Assembly (NCBI RefSeq): GCF_036321535.1
Contig: NC_087436.1
Location: 33,358,001 to 33,422,000, forward strand
Direction of reading: 5' to 3'
DNA from: Camelus dromedarius
Lineage: Eukaryota
DNA: 64,000 nucleotides
Positions 24,701 to 38,706 of this stretch are shown piece by piece. The notes under the pieces are model-generated. The model ran no database searches. It was not told the origin of the DNA and saw nothing but the letters and a program-made list of their open reading frames with translations. A program made the translations under genes and the position numbers. Positions within the stretch are counted from its first letter, which is position 1, and every line of letters begins with the position of its first letter.

Positions 24701-25799
24701 CATGCAGCTCAAATTGGATCATTCTGTTTTGTTTGACACAGGAAAAGATAGAAACAAAACGCATTGAAAGAAAATACAAGTAGAATTAATTGGAACAGCC
24801 ATTGTTAAAGCAATTTTACCAGGATACTCCAACAACATTTTTGGTTAAACTTGGGTCTCTGGTATTAGGAAGAAAGGAATTTTGTTTGTAAATTTGAATT
24901 CTCTATATCATCCATATGATAAATACTACATTCACATATGATGAAATTTTATAACTTTATAAGGTCTTGATAATGCTTTTATTTGATAATTGTTTATCTG
25001 CATAACACGGCAAAGGGAAAGAATGGTAAAGGCAATATAGTACAGTAGTCATTTCTTACAAATACCACAATAATCTTATCTTTATATGTAAATTGATTAT
25101 AAACAGTATATTCGTAATAAAAAAATTCAGCTTTTCTATTTCAGCGGGCTATTGGAAGGGTCAAATGAGACAACACAAATGGATATACGTTACTGAGTAC
25201 ACTGTCAGGCTTTTCAAAACTACTGGTATTTGTCCCAGGAGGAGTTTATACTTGCAATCTGTAGGTAAAAACTGTTCAGCAGTTTGTAAAATATAGGGTA
25301 GAATATGGGAATGCTCTAAAGGAGAAAATTCACCTTCCTACTGCAATAACACATTCTTAGGCCTTTGGAGAAGAAATTAGCCCATAGTGTTCTAAATGAA
25401 TATATATTTCAAATTTTACATTTTAGAAATATCATAATTCATCAAGTTTTACTATTCTGCCTTTAATTAGAGCACTTAATTTCAAGGAATGTTTTATCTC
25501 CTTTTTACCTACCTGTATTTCTGTATCTATCATGTCTACTCTCTAACCAGCCACTTCTCCCTCCTCTCTCTAATCCACCTACCTACCTGCCAGTACATGT
25601 ATTGATCTAACTCTTACGTATCTGTATACCTACTTAAATGAATAGCATTGAATGCATCTGTTAATTTATTTTGGATTTGTTATAGAGTGTTTGATTAATT
25701 ATAGTTCCAAGTTCTTAAGACACTGATATTAGAGATCATGCAAGGCCCTCCCTCGTTTCCCCCTTCCTTCAGCCCATCCTTTCTTTGTTTTATCCTTCC

Positions 25800-26840
25800 T
25801 GCCTTCTCTTTAACCCCTAAACTTATATTCCTTTCCCACGGTAATAGGTCTAGTATACTTGATATGCATAATTTATTTGCTTGTGTGTTGTTTTATGTGC
25901 ATATACATTTAATTTACATAATCGCTGTTGTTGTAAACTCATTCTATTTCTTTTCCACCCAGCACGTTTTTTTTTTAAGACCTGTTCATAGATCCGTGTT
26001 TTGATCTAGTTTTTTAACTGCTGCACAGTATTACATCATGTATCACATTTTATTGTCCACTCTTCCCAGTGATAAACACCTGGATTGCATTCAACTTCTA
26101 CTAAAAGTGACAGAGAGGAACATTCATGTGTATATTTTTTCTCATATTTGTGCAAGAATTGCTCTGGGACATATATTCAGGATATAACTTTATCTAGATC
26201 ATAGCATATACCTATATTGAATTTAACTTAAAACTGTTACATGACTCTTTGAAATGGGGTACATTATTGTGGGACATGAACTCTCACAAGCATTTCATGA
26301 GATTTGTATTATCTCCACTTCCCAGCAACACTTACATTATCTAGTTTTCTAGTATTTTTCAGCTTAGTAGTGCAAATTAATCTTTGTCTTAGTGGCCATC
26401 TTTTGAGTCTTCTTTCCGGTGAAATGACTCTTCACATCCTTTGCCCATATTTTTCTTATATTGGCTTGTATTTTTACTGTGGGTTAGCAGGAGTTCTTTG
26501 TATATTCTAGATGTTGGTCCTTTGTTGGTTTAAACACTGTAGATGGTTTCTGTGGATAATAAACAACTGGTCTACTAACTTTGTCCATCGTGTAGTTTTG
26601 CTGACACAAAGCTTCTATTAGATACTCGAACCCATGAGCTTTTTTTCACCTCTGTAACTTTTTGTTAACCTCTATTAATTTTATAGATTTAATTTTTACA
26701 ATAGATCTGTGATTCTTTGGGGTGTACCTTTTTTATATGCAATGGGATAGAAATTCAGTTTTATTTTCTCCATATAGTGAGCCAGTTTTCATACATCATC
26801 AACTAAATACTCAGTTGTTGGCCCATTGATCCATGTCTTA
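25800..26840 (-). mobile_element. L1ME-like 3' region
   Basis: Degenerate antisense L1 motifs: aactgctgcacagtattacatc, gcaggagttctttgtatattctagat, ttctccatatagtgagccagtttt. Confidence 0.6.
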
Positions 26841-26869
26841 TTTAAAATCCATGACTTTCTTTTTCCCAG

Positions 26870-28192
26870 AGAACCTATAAGCTAGAAGGCAATGAAGTGA
26901 CATTTATAAAGTGCTGAAACAAACAAACAAAAATGTATCTATGTATACCATTAACTCAGAATTCTGTACCCAGGGAGAATAGCTTTCAGCAATGGGGATG
27001 GGGGAGACATTTTCAGAAAGATACTGATGGAATTTCCTGCTAGAGGCATACTCTGTAAGAAATGTTTAAAATTTATTTAGGTCCTTACACTACTTGTGAA
27101 GCTGTATAAATGTTATTTGAAAGCAGACTCTGATTAATTAAATATGTATATTGTAAGGCCTAAGTTTGTAAATAAATTTTCTTAAACAGAATAAGTCGAT
27201 AGAGGTGAGAAACTGGAATCATAACTATTGTTCACTTAATCCAAAAGGAAAACAGAAAAAAAAGAGAGGAAAAAAAGAACAGATGGAACAAATAGAAAAT
27301 TATCAAGATTTTAACCAATTATGTCAATAATGATATTAAATGTTAATGGCCTAAACATACCTTTTAAAAAACAGAGATTGTGAGACTGTCTTTAAAATTA
27401 GAAGAGCTTAGACATATATCTGTAAGAAATCATCTTCAAATGTAAAGATATAGTTAGGATAAAAGTCAAAAGGGTAGCAAAAGATTGTACCATGTAAACC
27501 CTAGCCAAAACAAACTGGACTACCTATTATTAATATTAGGTAAAATAGACTTCAGAGCAAAGAATATTGTCAGGGATAGTGTCACAATGGTAAAGGGGTC
27601 AATTTTCTAAGAAGACATGACAGCCTTATGTATTTGCACTTAAAAACAGAGCTTTGGAATATATTAAAAAGAAAAGAGAAATCTGAAAAAAATGACAAAT
27701 TTACAGTTACACTTAGAGACTTCAGCATTCCACTGTCATTAATTGTTTAAACAAGTATATAGAAAATTGGTAAGCATATAGAGGACTTGAAAAACACAAT
27801 CAATTGATGGAATTAATATTTATAAAACACTACAAACCCAACAAAACAGAAAACATGCTATTCTCAAGTGCATATAGAATTTTCATCAATATAGATAATA
27901 TTCTTGGCTGTAAACAAATCAAATATAAAAGAATGAAAAGATTCAAATATACGTTTATAGCTGGTAATTAAATATAATTAGAAATCAGTAACAGAAATAC
28001 ATCTGAAAAATTCCTGGATATTTGGAGATTAAAAAAGCATACTTCTAAATAACATATAGACCAAAGGGGAAGCCTCAAGGGAAATAAACAAAAATATATA
28101 TATTGAGCTAAATGAAAATTTAATGTGTCAAAGTGTGCAGGATGCAGTTAAAACAGAGCAAGACCTCAGATCAATAATCTAAGCTTCCACTT
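26870..28192 (+). mobile_element. Old LINE-1: ORF1 end, inter-ORF region and ORF2 endonuclease region
   Basis: ctcagaattctgtacccagg (RILYP), ttaaatgttaatggcctaaac (LNVNGLN), aaaatagacttcagagcaaag (KIDF), agaaatcagtaacaga; A-rich sense L1. Confidence 0.8.
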
Positions 28193-28194
28193 TA

Positions 28195-28560
28195 AAACAT
28201 GTGTTGCTTAATTTCCAAATGTGTGGGATTTTCTGATTTTTCTTTGTTGCTTTGTAGTTGAACTTCATGGTGTTTGGAGAGTATATCCTGTGTGATTTAA
28301 GTATGATTTTTTTGAGATTTGCATTATAACAGCATGTACTGAAATATATGTTATATCTATATGCTTTTGAAAAGAGCATTTACTTTTCATTTATTGAGTC
28401 TTCTGTCAACTAGGTCAAATATATTAATCATGTTATTTAAATATTCTATTACTTACTGACTTATTGCCTGCTTATTCTACCATTTGATGAGTGGTTTATT
28501 AAATGCCTATGATTGTATATTTATTTCTTCTTTCACATTATTTTTGGATAATGCTGCTGA
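28195..28560 (-). mobile_element. Old LINE-1 ORF2 endonuclease-region fragment
   Basis: Minus ORF 28179..28379 contains KIPHIWKLSNT (L1 ORF2 WKLNN-like motif). Confidence 0.65.
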
Positions 28561-31500
28561 ATGACTGCATTTATCCCTCTTAAATTCAAAATTCAGCTTT
28601 TGTTTTTGGATGGATTCTCATAGTTATATTTATTCCTTAAATACATGACACCTTCATGCTTTTGAGTTATTTACATTTCTCTATGATTAATTTTTAAGGA
28701 GGGAGGCAGCAGCCCAAGCTACTTCTTCATTTGTCAGGGACTAAAAGTCAGGTCCATAGGTTCATTTTAATACATCTCCCAAGAACTCATTATCAATTAG
28801 TTATGGTTATTTATATACATATAAATATATATATAAACACATATGTAGTAAAAGTACTGACATTAAGTCATTGAGTTTTAGGTGTATAACATGCTGTCCT
28901 GGCTTATGGGTTTTTTTTGCACACAACAGTGCAACTTTTTAACCCATATATACTGTCCTGCTGAATGTTTTTATGGGAAAACTTACAAAATATAGAACTG
29001 AATTTTCAAAGCTATTACTTGAACTTGGGATTGGCCTAGTGCCTTTCCATAAGTAGATGTTTCCTTGAATTGTGAAGCAATAATTGGACACTGGAGAGCT
29101 ATTATTTGTGGGGCCTCTAAGTAAATTTTGTTTTAATGCGAAGCCAAAGTGGAGGGCTGTTAAAGGGTATCTGGAAATGTGGCTCACTGTATCTGAATGT
29201 AGTGGTTTTGTATGGAAAATGCATTTCCTTTGCACTAGGGCATAGCATCTAAAAAGTTGGCAATCTGTATAATCCTTGATGCTTCTGGATAATGTCATAG
29301 TCAGAGATAAAGGCACATAAGTGTATTAACATCTCCAAACAGTGCACTGTGTTTCTTGCTTTTTTCAGTTTATTTTTCTGACATTTTATTGTGTAAGATT
29401 CTGTTGCAATTTAAAACCCATATTTAAGAGGAGTAATTTAGGTAATATATGACCAGTTGTGGACTTTCTGAAAAGCCTTTTGAAACAAAGTTACTAACTA
29501 ACTAGTTTAGGATTGAAAGTTGTATGTGTTGCGACTGCTTCTCCTCCCCTAGTAGAATAGTTGGGAAATATATCAGGATGGTATCTGAAGAATGATGGTG
29601 AGGTCAGTTCACTGTAGTGTGTCCATTTCTGGATGCTTGATGGTAAATTTTAGGAATTTGAGAAACATGTCTGAGAAGAGTTGGAGATTAGAGGTAGTAA
29701 GAGAGAAGGTTAGTACCTTGGAAATGTTTCAACAAGAACTTGTCTGGATGAAGTCTAAGGACAAAAATGCACCTTGTGTATTTTTTTAAATGTAGAAACT
29801 ACTGATGCCCAGGTATATAAATGTATATTCAGTTCATTTTTAGTGTGGATACATGATTAATTTTAATTTGTGAAGGCATTTAAAAATATTAGGTCATCTA
29901 ACCATTTAACAACCATAATTTATACATGTGTATTTAGCAATATCAACCTATCTCTTTAAAAAAACCTTGATTTGAAAATGAATTGAGATAAAAAAAAATA
30001 ACACAGTGTGTGTGTATGTGTATATGTGTATTTAACAGTTGGTTTAGGCACATATACAAATAAATAAGGTATAGAATGGTTAATCCTTAATCCCTCAACA
30101 TTAATAGGCAACTCAGCACTTGGTAGCCCCTTGGTTATATGTTTGGTTTTGTGTTCCTTTTCCTATGATATTGTTTCATCCTGACTTTGCAAATAGCTCT
30201 TTTGAGGACCTTAATTTATTCCATCCCTGATGGCAAAATGTGGACTTTCAGAACAACTCTGAATTTTCTTAGGTGTTCCATGATTTAGCATAAACTTACT
30301 TACACATACCCAAAAGTAGTTTGCTTTCGTATATGTTGCTCCTTACTCTACTGGATTTCCATGGACTCTGGATTTGGGGATTAAATTACCTGCATTTGTG
30401 CTTTGTACATGTTCTCAATGCAATACTTTCCTTTGATCAGGTTCCTCTAAGGTAAATCTCCTATTTCAAGCCTCTGTATTGAACCTTGTCTTTAGATCAA
30501 TGATTGCGCTGAAAAATCTGATTGAATCAGGTAAGACTAACTGTAGCTCTCATAGGTAACAAGTTGGCTTCTCTAGCCTTATACATAATAACATGCTAAT
30601 CCTGTTAATTATGATTATTCCTTTCTAGTTGATTGATTTCCAAAGTCTATTTTGATCTGAAAGTTGATTCTAAAATATTGTAAGGATTATAATTTGTTTT
30701 GTATTTCTGGAAGTATATCCTTAAAGATTCATTACAAAAAATAATTAGTACCTTTTCATGTGCCTTATATGTTTTACTTGAAAAACTACCCTATTGTATT
30801 TTGGGCTGGTAGGTATTAAAGTCCTGGTTCTATATGCCTTAAAGCCTGTTTGTGGTTGTGGAAAAGCATTTGGGCAGTAATAATTCTTTATTTTCTTTTT
30901 TCTTCTCTCCTACTTGTCTGATCTCCAGAATGTTCAGATTAAATGCATACTGCTGAGGTTTCTTTTATTTTTACAAAGCATTGATTTGTTTTTCTCCTTT
31001 AGATTTGTGCATCACCAGCAAATGACAACAGTAGATCTGTTTGTAATATTGTTATTTCAATATGAATCTTTTGAAAGAGTGGATACAATCATTGGTCAGG
31101 CCTGTCTTGTGAAATTACTGGAAACTCTGCTATTCATTGACGTTGACCAGAGAGATACGTTTTTCATTGTTCACTTGAAGCCTTTTTGTTAAAACCTAGA
31201 CTCTCTCCAAAAAGGGGTAAGGGTCTATACGCTTAATAAATAAGTCAATATACTTATTTGAGATCACAAAGCAAAATATTTTTGTGTAAACTTGCTCACC
31301 AAAGATGTCTGACAGATCTATGTAATTTCTGCTGAACTAGCAATAAAAAAGGGGGCCCAATGAAATTATCAACTGCCTGGTAAACAGGACTGTGCTATGT
31401 GTAGCGTGATTCTCTAGAGATGAGTGTGAAGCTCCCCCTCCCACCCCGAACTTTCATACATCTTGGTGGCAAGAGAAAAAATGTGTACTTTTCCCTTTGT

Positions 31501-31639
31501 AACTTTTCTTAACATGGTGTCAGTAAGCAGGTTTAGAGAGGGAGGACAAAAATTTTATGTTATTTTTAGATTATAAACATGCAGTGCTGTCCTCCCTCCT
31601 GGACCTTATATCTAGGCCAGTTAACACAGTCATTCTAAT

Positions 31640-31870
31640 TTAGTAGATTGTGGGTGTATGTGTGTGTGTGATTAAAATGGATATATATCAATGTATGTAT
31701 AGGAGTTGTTTCTAGGGACTGGATGTGTGGATGATAGCTGTTTTTGTTTTATCTGTGTTTTCATTTTTCAATGTATTTATAATGAAAAATTTTGAATATT
31801 TCAATATATTAAAATATTTATAGGTATATTTGTATATGTATTACTTTTATAATCAGAAAAAAATAATGAC
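31640..31870 (+). mobile_element. L1ME4-like 3' end remnant
   Basis: atatgtattacttttataatcagaaaaaaataa terminus preceded by degenerate L1ME 3' UTR sequence. Confidence 0.45.
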
Positions 31871-34479
31871 TGTAACTTGAAAACTAGGAAGAGAACTTCA
31901 TACTTGAAGGGGTAAAAAACATAAAGCAAGTCAAAGTAATGTCTTGTTTCTGTTTACTTCTTCTCTATGTAGGGAGCTATATGAAGGAGTACATTAGCTT
32001 ACCATAAAGCTAACTTGAAATTCAGATAAGAAAATTTAAAGAGCATAGAACTGTGAAATAGGGATGTACCTTGGAATTAAAAGAGATCTAGTAGGACCAA
32101 TCCTTACCTAAATAATTACTCCTTAAAAAATGCCTCTTACTGCCATTCTGCGTTTGTTGTATTACCTGCTAGCTTTCCTGTGAAACAGCATGTTCTTGAG
32201 GAGAGGGTCACATATTCCAGTTTTTTATTTTCCAAGGACCTGCTATGTGGAAGATCCTCAAGAAATATTTGCTGAACAAATAATTTCAATTCATGGATGC
32301 ATGGAAGTCTACCCTTTCTAGCTCTGTATAGATTTTTCTGTTAGAAATATTATAAATTACTCAAGTGAATAATAGTAGGTCTTGTGAAAATTTCAATCTT
32401 CAGGCCAGTGCTTTGTTTATTTTAAATACTCAATAAATGTCTGTCAACTACACTTCCCAGATAGTTAAACGGAATAGTGTGTGGAGTAAGACAGGGCCCC
32501 CCAGAACACTTGAATCACAATTACATTGCCTCCCAAGGAGCAGAAAACGGAACCCCACCTGTTGTGCTGGACTTCAGCTGTACACTTACATTCAGTTCAT
32601 AGCCTGAACATTTTTTGTGACTAACAGAGCATGAGCTTTAGGTAAATTTCTGGCTTATGATGATTCACTAAGAAGAATTTTAAAAATAAGATAGCTGTTG
32701 TCTCAGAAAATAGTACCAAGCTTAAGTAATCAAAACAGCATGACATGTGACTAGGGTAGTATTTCCAATATACTCTCCCATAAATGCTTTATTTCTCAAA
32801 TAGTAAATGAGGATGAGGAGGGTAAGCATTTTTCTCAGGGTTACATAACTTGTCAGTGGTAAAAGCGGTTCTCCATCATAGGCTTATTGGCTATAAACCG
32901 GGTCTCTTCACTAGTTTACAGAAAGAACATTGCTGCTGTTGTAATTCTGAGAATGCAGGGAAGGCAGCAGCTGATTTGATTTTCTCCCTTAGTCCTCTCC
33001 TGTTTTTAGTTCCTGTGCCAGATATTATCAGCCTACAGTGATAAGAGAGAAACACACTTTGTAAAACAAAAAGCAGAGTCTCAGAAAAACAAACGTAGGA
33101 GTCTACAGATATTTTAATCTGTTTGATATCTGTACATAGTGGCTGTCACATATGTATTGAATATGCTGTATATGTATATATGATGTGTATGTTTATCTGT
33201 ATGGATGTATACATATCCATGTACATAAGAATATATATGAATAGAGAGCTCATTGCTGTTGAGGCCTCACTTCATCTTTGGTTGATGGGGCAACAATTAC
33301 TGTAGCATGACAGCATGATAATTAGCTATCAAAAGTGAGTAGTTATATGGATACATTTCAATATTTGAAGCTTTCTTAGATTACCCCAAGTTATCTTCAC
33401 ATGAATAGAAAGGGAATAGTAATCTGAGAAGCAACCAAAAATTGCATGTTTTACAAGTGTGGCTTACAGTTTTTTGTATTTTAAAATATCTCATGGGTCA
33501 TCCATCATGGTGAATGACTAAATGCAAATATATAAAACGTCTGAGTTTTATTTGCTTTGAATTTTACAGTTTTTCTTTAAAATACTCAGTTTAAAATTCT
33601 ACTTAATTAAAAATAAGCAAAGCCCATTGTGTAATTGCACATATTTGCAAAGAATGAACACAGCATTTGAACTTCATGAAGACTTAGGTCTGGTGCCATT
33701 AAGCTGAAGAGATATTGCCACTTAAGGAACTGGGACTAGCTCAGTATTCTTGTTAATGTCATGCCAGATTTCAGAATTCAGTCTCCCTGCCCGGACTTAA
33801 AGGAAAATAACTTAATATAAAACATTGAAAGAATGCAATACATGTAAAGATATTTTACAAGTCTCTAGCCATATCTAGCCCCAAAAGATTTGGTAAACTT
33901 TAAAATAGCAGGAATGAATTGATAGGAATATAGCAATAGTTAAAATATAAAAATCCAACACTCATTGCAGCTAAGTAAGAAAATTTCGGAGAGAATTAAA
34001 GACATATGTAGGTTTTCCAAGAGCCTGAAATGATATTGATAAAATAATAAAGGCTAACTTTTCCGTTCCTAAAACTCAAGAGTTGACTTCTAAAATCTAA
34101 ATGAAGAAGGTATTATCTGTTTTTACCCCCTACAACCTATTAACTATTAACATTGAAGTATTAAACTTCAGTGACAATTTCTATGTTTCTTTTTTTTAAA
34201 AAAATTCTGATTTTTGAATGTTTCAGGGAAGGCGAATGTTCAATATACTATTCAGTGATATTAAGACATTTCTGATGACTGAAGGCGCAGGAGGGATGTG
34301 ATACCTATTCCAGCCCTTCTGTAGTACAGTCTGGACAGTGCCAGGATGGAAAGACAATGGAAGAGATATTTGGGAAAGCCGCACTAACATAAACCTGAAC
34401 TTCCCAGATCTATGTAACATTAGAGAAATAATATTTTTTAAAAAGAGCTGTTGACTGATTAAAAATGAAGTGTCCTTAG

Positions 34480-34960
34480 CTTCTCCATATAGATCTCCTT
34501 AGCCTGGCATATATGATTCTTTCTTATCTGACTCCAGCCTGTGCTTGCAGCCTCATCTCCTGATATTTCATCTACTGTGGCCACACACAACCACGTTCTG
34601 TACCCTGGACTCTTCATAGATCTTATGTTTCTATCTTTCCTGGATTGATATTCTATCTACGTTGAATTCATTTCAAATATCTCTTCAAAGCTCCTATTCA
34701 CTTAGATCCTCACCCTTCAACCCCCACTTCAAGCATCATTGTCCATGTAGCTTCTCTACCTTCCTAGTCTAGGTTAATAGCTTCCACCTCTGTGTACCCA
34801 CACCATTGTTTTATATGATTCTGTTATATTTCACTTTATATAGGGTATTTATTCATTGGTTTTTTAACTTGCCAATTAGAGAATTATGACAAAATCTGTA
34901 ATTTTCATCTTTGTGTCTTTCCATGTCTAGTGCCCTAGAACATAGTAGGTCCTGAGTAAG
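34480..34960 (+). mobile_element. L2 3' fragment
   Basis: catctttgtgtctttccatgtctagtgccctagaacatagtaggtcctgagtaa L2-type terminus with pyrimidine-rich body. Confidence 0.55.
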
Positions 34961-37039
34961 CAATCCTACTTAGGTGTAGTCTGTTTTAGACAAATAGGTA
35001 ATTTAAAGATGTATGTTTTAAAAGAAGCTATGATGTTATAGTTTCAATATTGCTTTCTTCTAATCCTCTACTGCTTTTGTCATAGAAAGTTTGGAGACTT
35101 GCAGTTTACTGGGGATAAATATATCTGTTATCATAGTTCTAGTCACTGCATAGTTTTTCTTTTTAGATATTTAATGATCTGGATATGTACATAATGTTGG
35201 AAAATTTAACTCTTTATGATTTCTTTGTAATTCTCATGAACTTAGAGCTGTTATGTAAAATGGCAAAATTAACTGAGAAATTATTTTACTTGGATCTGAA
35301 TCTCTACAACTAGTTAAGATTTAAATTAAATCCATGCTTACCATTCTCCTTGAAATATAATACTTTATCATGTATCACTTCAAATGTTATTTAGTGATTT
35401 CTGTTTAACTGATTTACCATTACCCAAGTAATAACCCAATATTCAAATCAAATATTAATAAATGTATAGTTTCACTTATTTCACCTAATCTTTTTGTCTA
35501 AATATTTAAGTTGAGGTGTTTTGTTTCATACTGCATATGGGTTAGGAATTCTACCTATCAGACATTTGGCTAGCTATAGTTAACCAACTTATCTGTGTCT
35601 TATTGCAGGATTTAGGGAAAAGTTAAAGAGCCTTAAGAAATATTCTTTACAAAATTGTCACAATTTTTGACAGTCATTTTTGACAATTGTAATTCCAAGC
35701 ATATTACATTGTCATTGAGTAGCACTGCCCCTGTAATCTATCAGTTAGAATCTCCTCAGCACAGTTAGTCTCCTGCTAGGTTTAAGGAAGGTGTAAAAAG
35801 AACGTTCAGTGGTAAAGTAAATTTGAGGAAACTGTTAGTTAAAAAAAAAAAAATTAACAGGATTTTTACTCACATTATTGTCTATGCCAGACTTCCCATA
35901 TATTCTCATTCTCTGTGGATTTCCAAAACATTTGGTATAATGTGAAGTATATTATTAGCTCATGTAATTTTTTGCAGAACATCTTAAGTATTGCTGTCAT
36001 GAACAGATCTTGTTTCTCTCAGTACATTTTGGGAAAGTTATTAAAAATCAACTGTCCTACTCCAGAGTTATTTCTTGGCTTCTTTTTCCCCCTCTTTCTC
36101 CTCCTCCACCCTCTCCCCCTCCTTCTTCTTTTTCAGGGAGATTAATTTACCCATCAAATTAGGAGAGAATCAGATTCCATTCTGGAAATTGCTTTGTGTG
36201 TGTTCTTAATTTCAGTCCCTTAGATTTGTGTGTATCTGTGTGTGATTGTATTTTTGTCATTCCTAAAAAGTCACGTATCATGGGAACTGTAGAAATGCTG
36301 CTGATTGTCAGAAAAAACATGCTGAGTCTAGGAAATATAGCAAAACATGCAGAGAAGTCATGGTATAATAAGCTTCAAGGGTCAAATGTCTGAAACTATT
36401 TAATTTTCTTCAGTTAAAAATTAGATTTGATTAAATTCCACTTGCATAGTTATATTCATTTTCATTCTCATGTTTTCTCCATGGGAGTGGGAGGATGGGA
36501 AACAATTTATCACTCCATGGGGGAATAATCATTGGATTAAAGTCCAAGAGATCTGTGTTGCATGAAGACTTTATAAGGATTATTTGTCAAGCATAATTTA
36601 GCTAATAAGTCTATGATCATGTGCTAGTCACTTATATTTCCATGACCTCAATTTTTTTCATTGGACTTAGCTCCATGGAATCTAACATTTTTTCTAATCC
36701 TGTGCTTTGACACTAGAATTTAAAATTTGGAATGCTTTTGTGTCACCAGAAGAAACAAAAGTCTGTCTTTGTTCAGCCGTTTTAGGGGTTATTTCTTATA
36801 ATCATGCAGGTGAAGCTATCTGAGGGTATAATTATTTTTTCAACTGTGCAAAATATCCTACATTGGGAACTGTCTATTTGTAGGCAAGAATGTGCCTTAA
36901 AGATGGTTTCTGTGTACTCAGTAGATGCTTTTATGTATGGGAAACAGTTCAAGTTGGTTAGGGTGTAGATATTTGTGTGTGTGTGTTAATTTGTATTTTC
37001 TTCTGAATATTTAGTGACATAGTGCACGGCAGGAAATAA

Positions 37040-37215
37040 TAAAGAGCACGGCACTAGGAGGAGCCTGTATAGGAGACTGAATTCTATGACTGTCTCTGCT
37101 TGTTGGCTCTGTGACTTGGAGCAAGCCATTTCAACTCTCACAGCCAGTCTTCCCGTGTGTAGAAAAGTCAAGGTGAACCTCATACATTTCATATCCCTTC
37201 TAGTACTATAACTCT
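37040..37215 (+). mobile_element. MIR SINE
   Basis: gagcacggcactaggagg...ctgtgacttggagcaagccatttcaactctc...cagtcttcccgtgtgtagaa. Confidence 0.6.
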
Positions 37216-38269
37216 ATAGATACTTAAGAAGTACATTTTGCTCCCTCCCCACAGTGATAGAACAGTGCCTATTTCACAAGTCATCTTTGGTAGAAGTCCT
37301 TAAAATTCTCAAAGGGCTGATACCCTATATAATGGGGTAAAAGAAAGAAGTAATATTTATAGACTATTACATCTTCTGTTCCAGATTTACCTTCTGAAAG
37401 TTTACCGAGCAAATAACTCCTCTTATCAGCGTACACTGTGGTTTCTGCAGCTGTACTGCTTACCATGCTTGTTCCATGGACTGTCACAGCAACTGAGCAT
37501 CATGATTTTTTACTTGGTTTGGAGGAAGCTGCCGAGTGACTGGAAGTGAACTCAGCTTGGGAAGGTTTATTAAGTCCGCATGTGAAAGGACACTTTAGTA
37601 CTTTTCCCAGAGACCATGCTTATGCAGGACCATAATTAGTTTTTATTTCATTCTTTCTTGTTATAAAATAAACCCATTAATATAAGCCTCCAGAAATAGT
37701 AGTAAAATTAATTCAAGAGTATTGTTTTCACCCCAGGCTGCTTTATTTTACAAACTACAGTTAATAAATTGAGGATGTGAGAGGAGGTTCCAGTGGCCAT
37801 ATTTCTTTGTGTTCCTTGGACTCCAGGTGAGGACTTGGCAAGCAGGCATCAGTGGCTCTCTAAGGAAGAGAAGTCATGTGTGAAGATAAACCATAAATGT
37901 TACCCATTCATGAGGAATTAAAAACAGTGTACACAAATGATCTCTTTATGCTGTCATCATAAGAGAAATGAAAAGAGAAATACAAAAAATTTTTAAAGGT
38001 ACTTGTTTGCTTATATCACTGTCTTCAGGAATGGATGCTATTTCATTGACATCTCATCCAATATTTCTTCCCTGGATCATTCCATCCAATAGAATTGTTG
38101 TTTCTGTCTCATCTCTGCCTTTTTTTAGAGTAGATTCTTTCCAGAGAAATATGTCATGTTTATGTTTGTTTTGTTTGGTTTCCTATAAAAACAGGATGAA
38201 TATTAGCCATTCAAGAATCTTTTTTAATCTAAATTTGAGTGCTTGTTATGTCATTTAAGACCCCCCTTC

Positions 38270-38706
38270 CTATCTTCCATTACATTCACAGTACTCACTG
38301 TTTACTCTAACTCAGCCATCCTGATTTCAAGATTGAGTGTCCTGATTATTGTGGCCATGCTTGTGTACATGCTGTTCTGTCTCTCCATATAATGCCTTTC
38401 TGTTCCCTAATTTGAATCTCAAGAACTCCAGAATCACTGTTATCTGATCTCCTGTTTCCTCTTACCAGAAGAGAAAACATATGCATGTGCATGTATTTTT
38501 ATTATAACTCTCATCAAACAATATTATTTGTCATTGATTATAAGTCAGTAGTAGTAATAGTCACCGACTTCCTTGTCTGTATTTTCCTAACTTACTCAGC
38601 TCCGTGAAGGTCAGAATTCTGTCCTTCATATTTGTATTTTTTGTACCTAACATAGAGCCCCAAAATGAGGGACGTTCATTTAAGAATGGAGTAGATTAAA
38701 TGAATA
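38270..38706 (+). mobile_element. L2 3' fragment
   Basis: catgctgttctgtctct...aatgccttt, agctccgtgaaggtcagaattctgtcc...tacctaacatagagccc, ending aatgaat. Confidence 0.55.
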
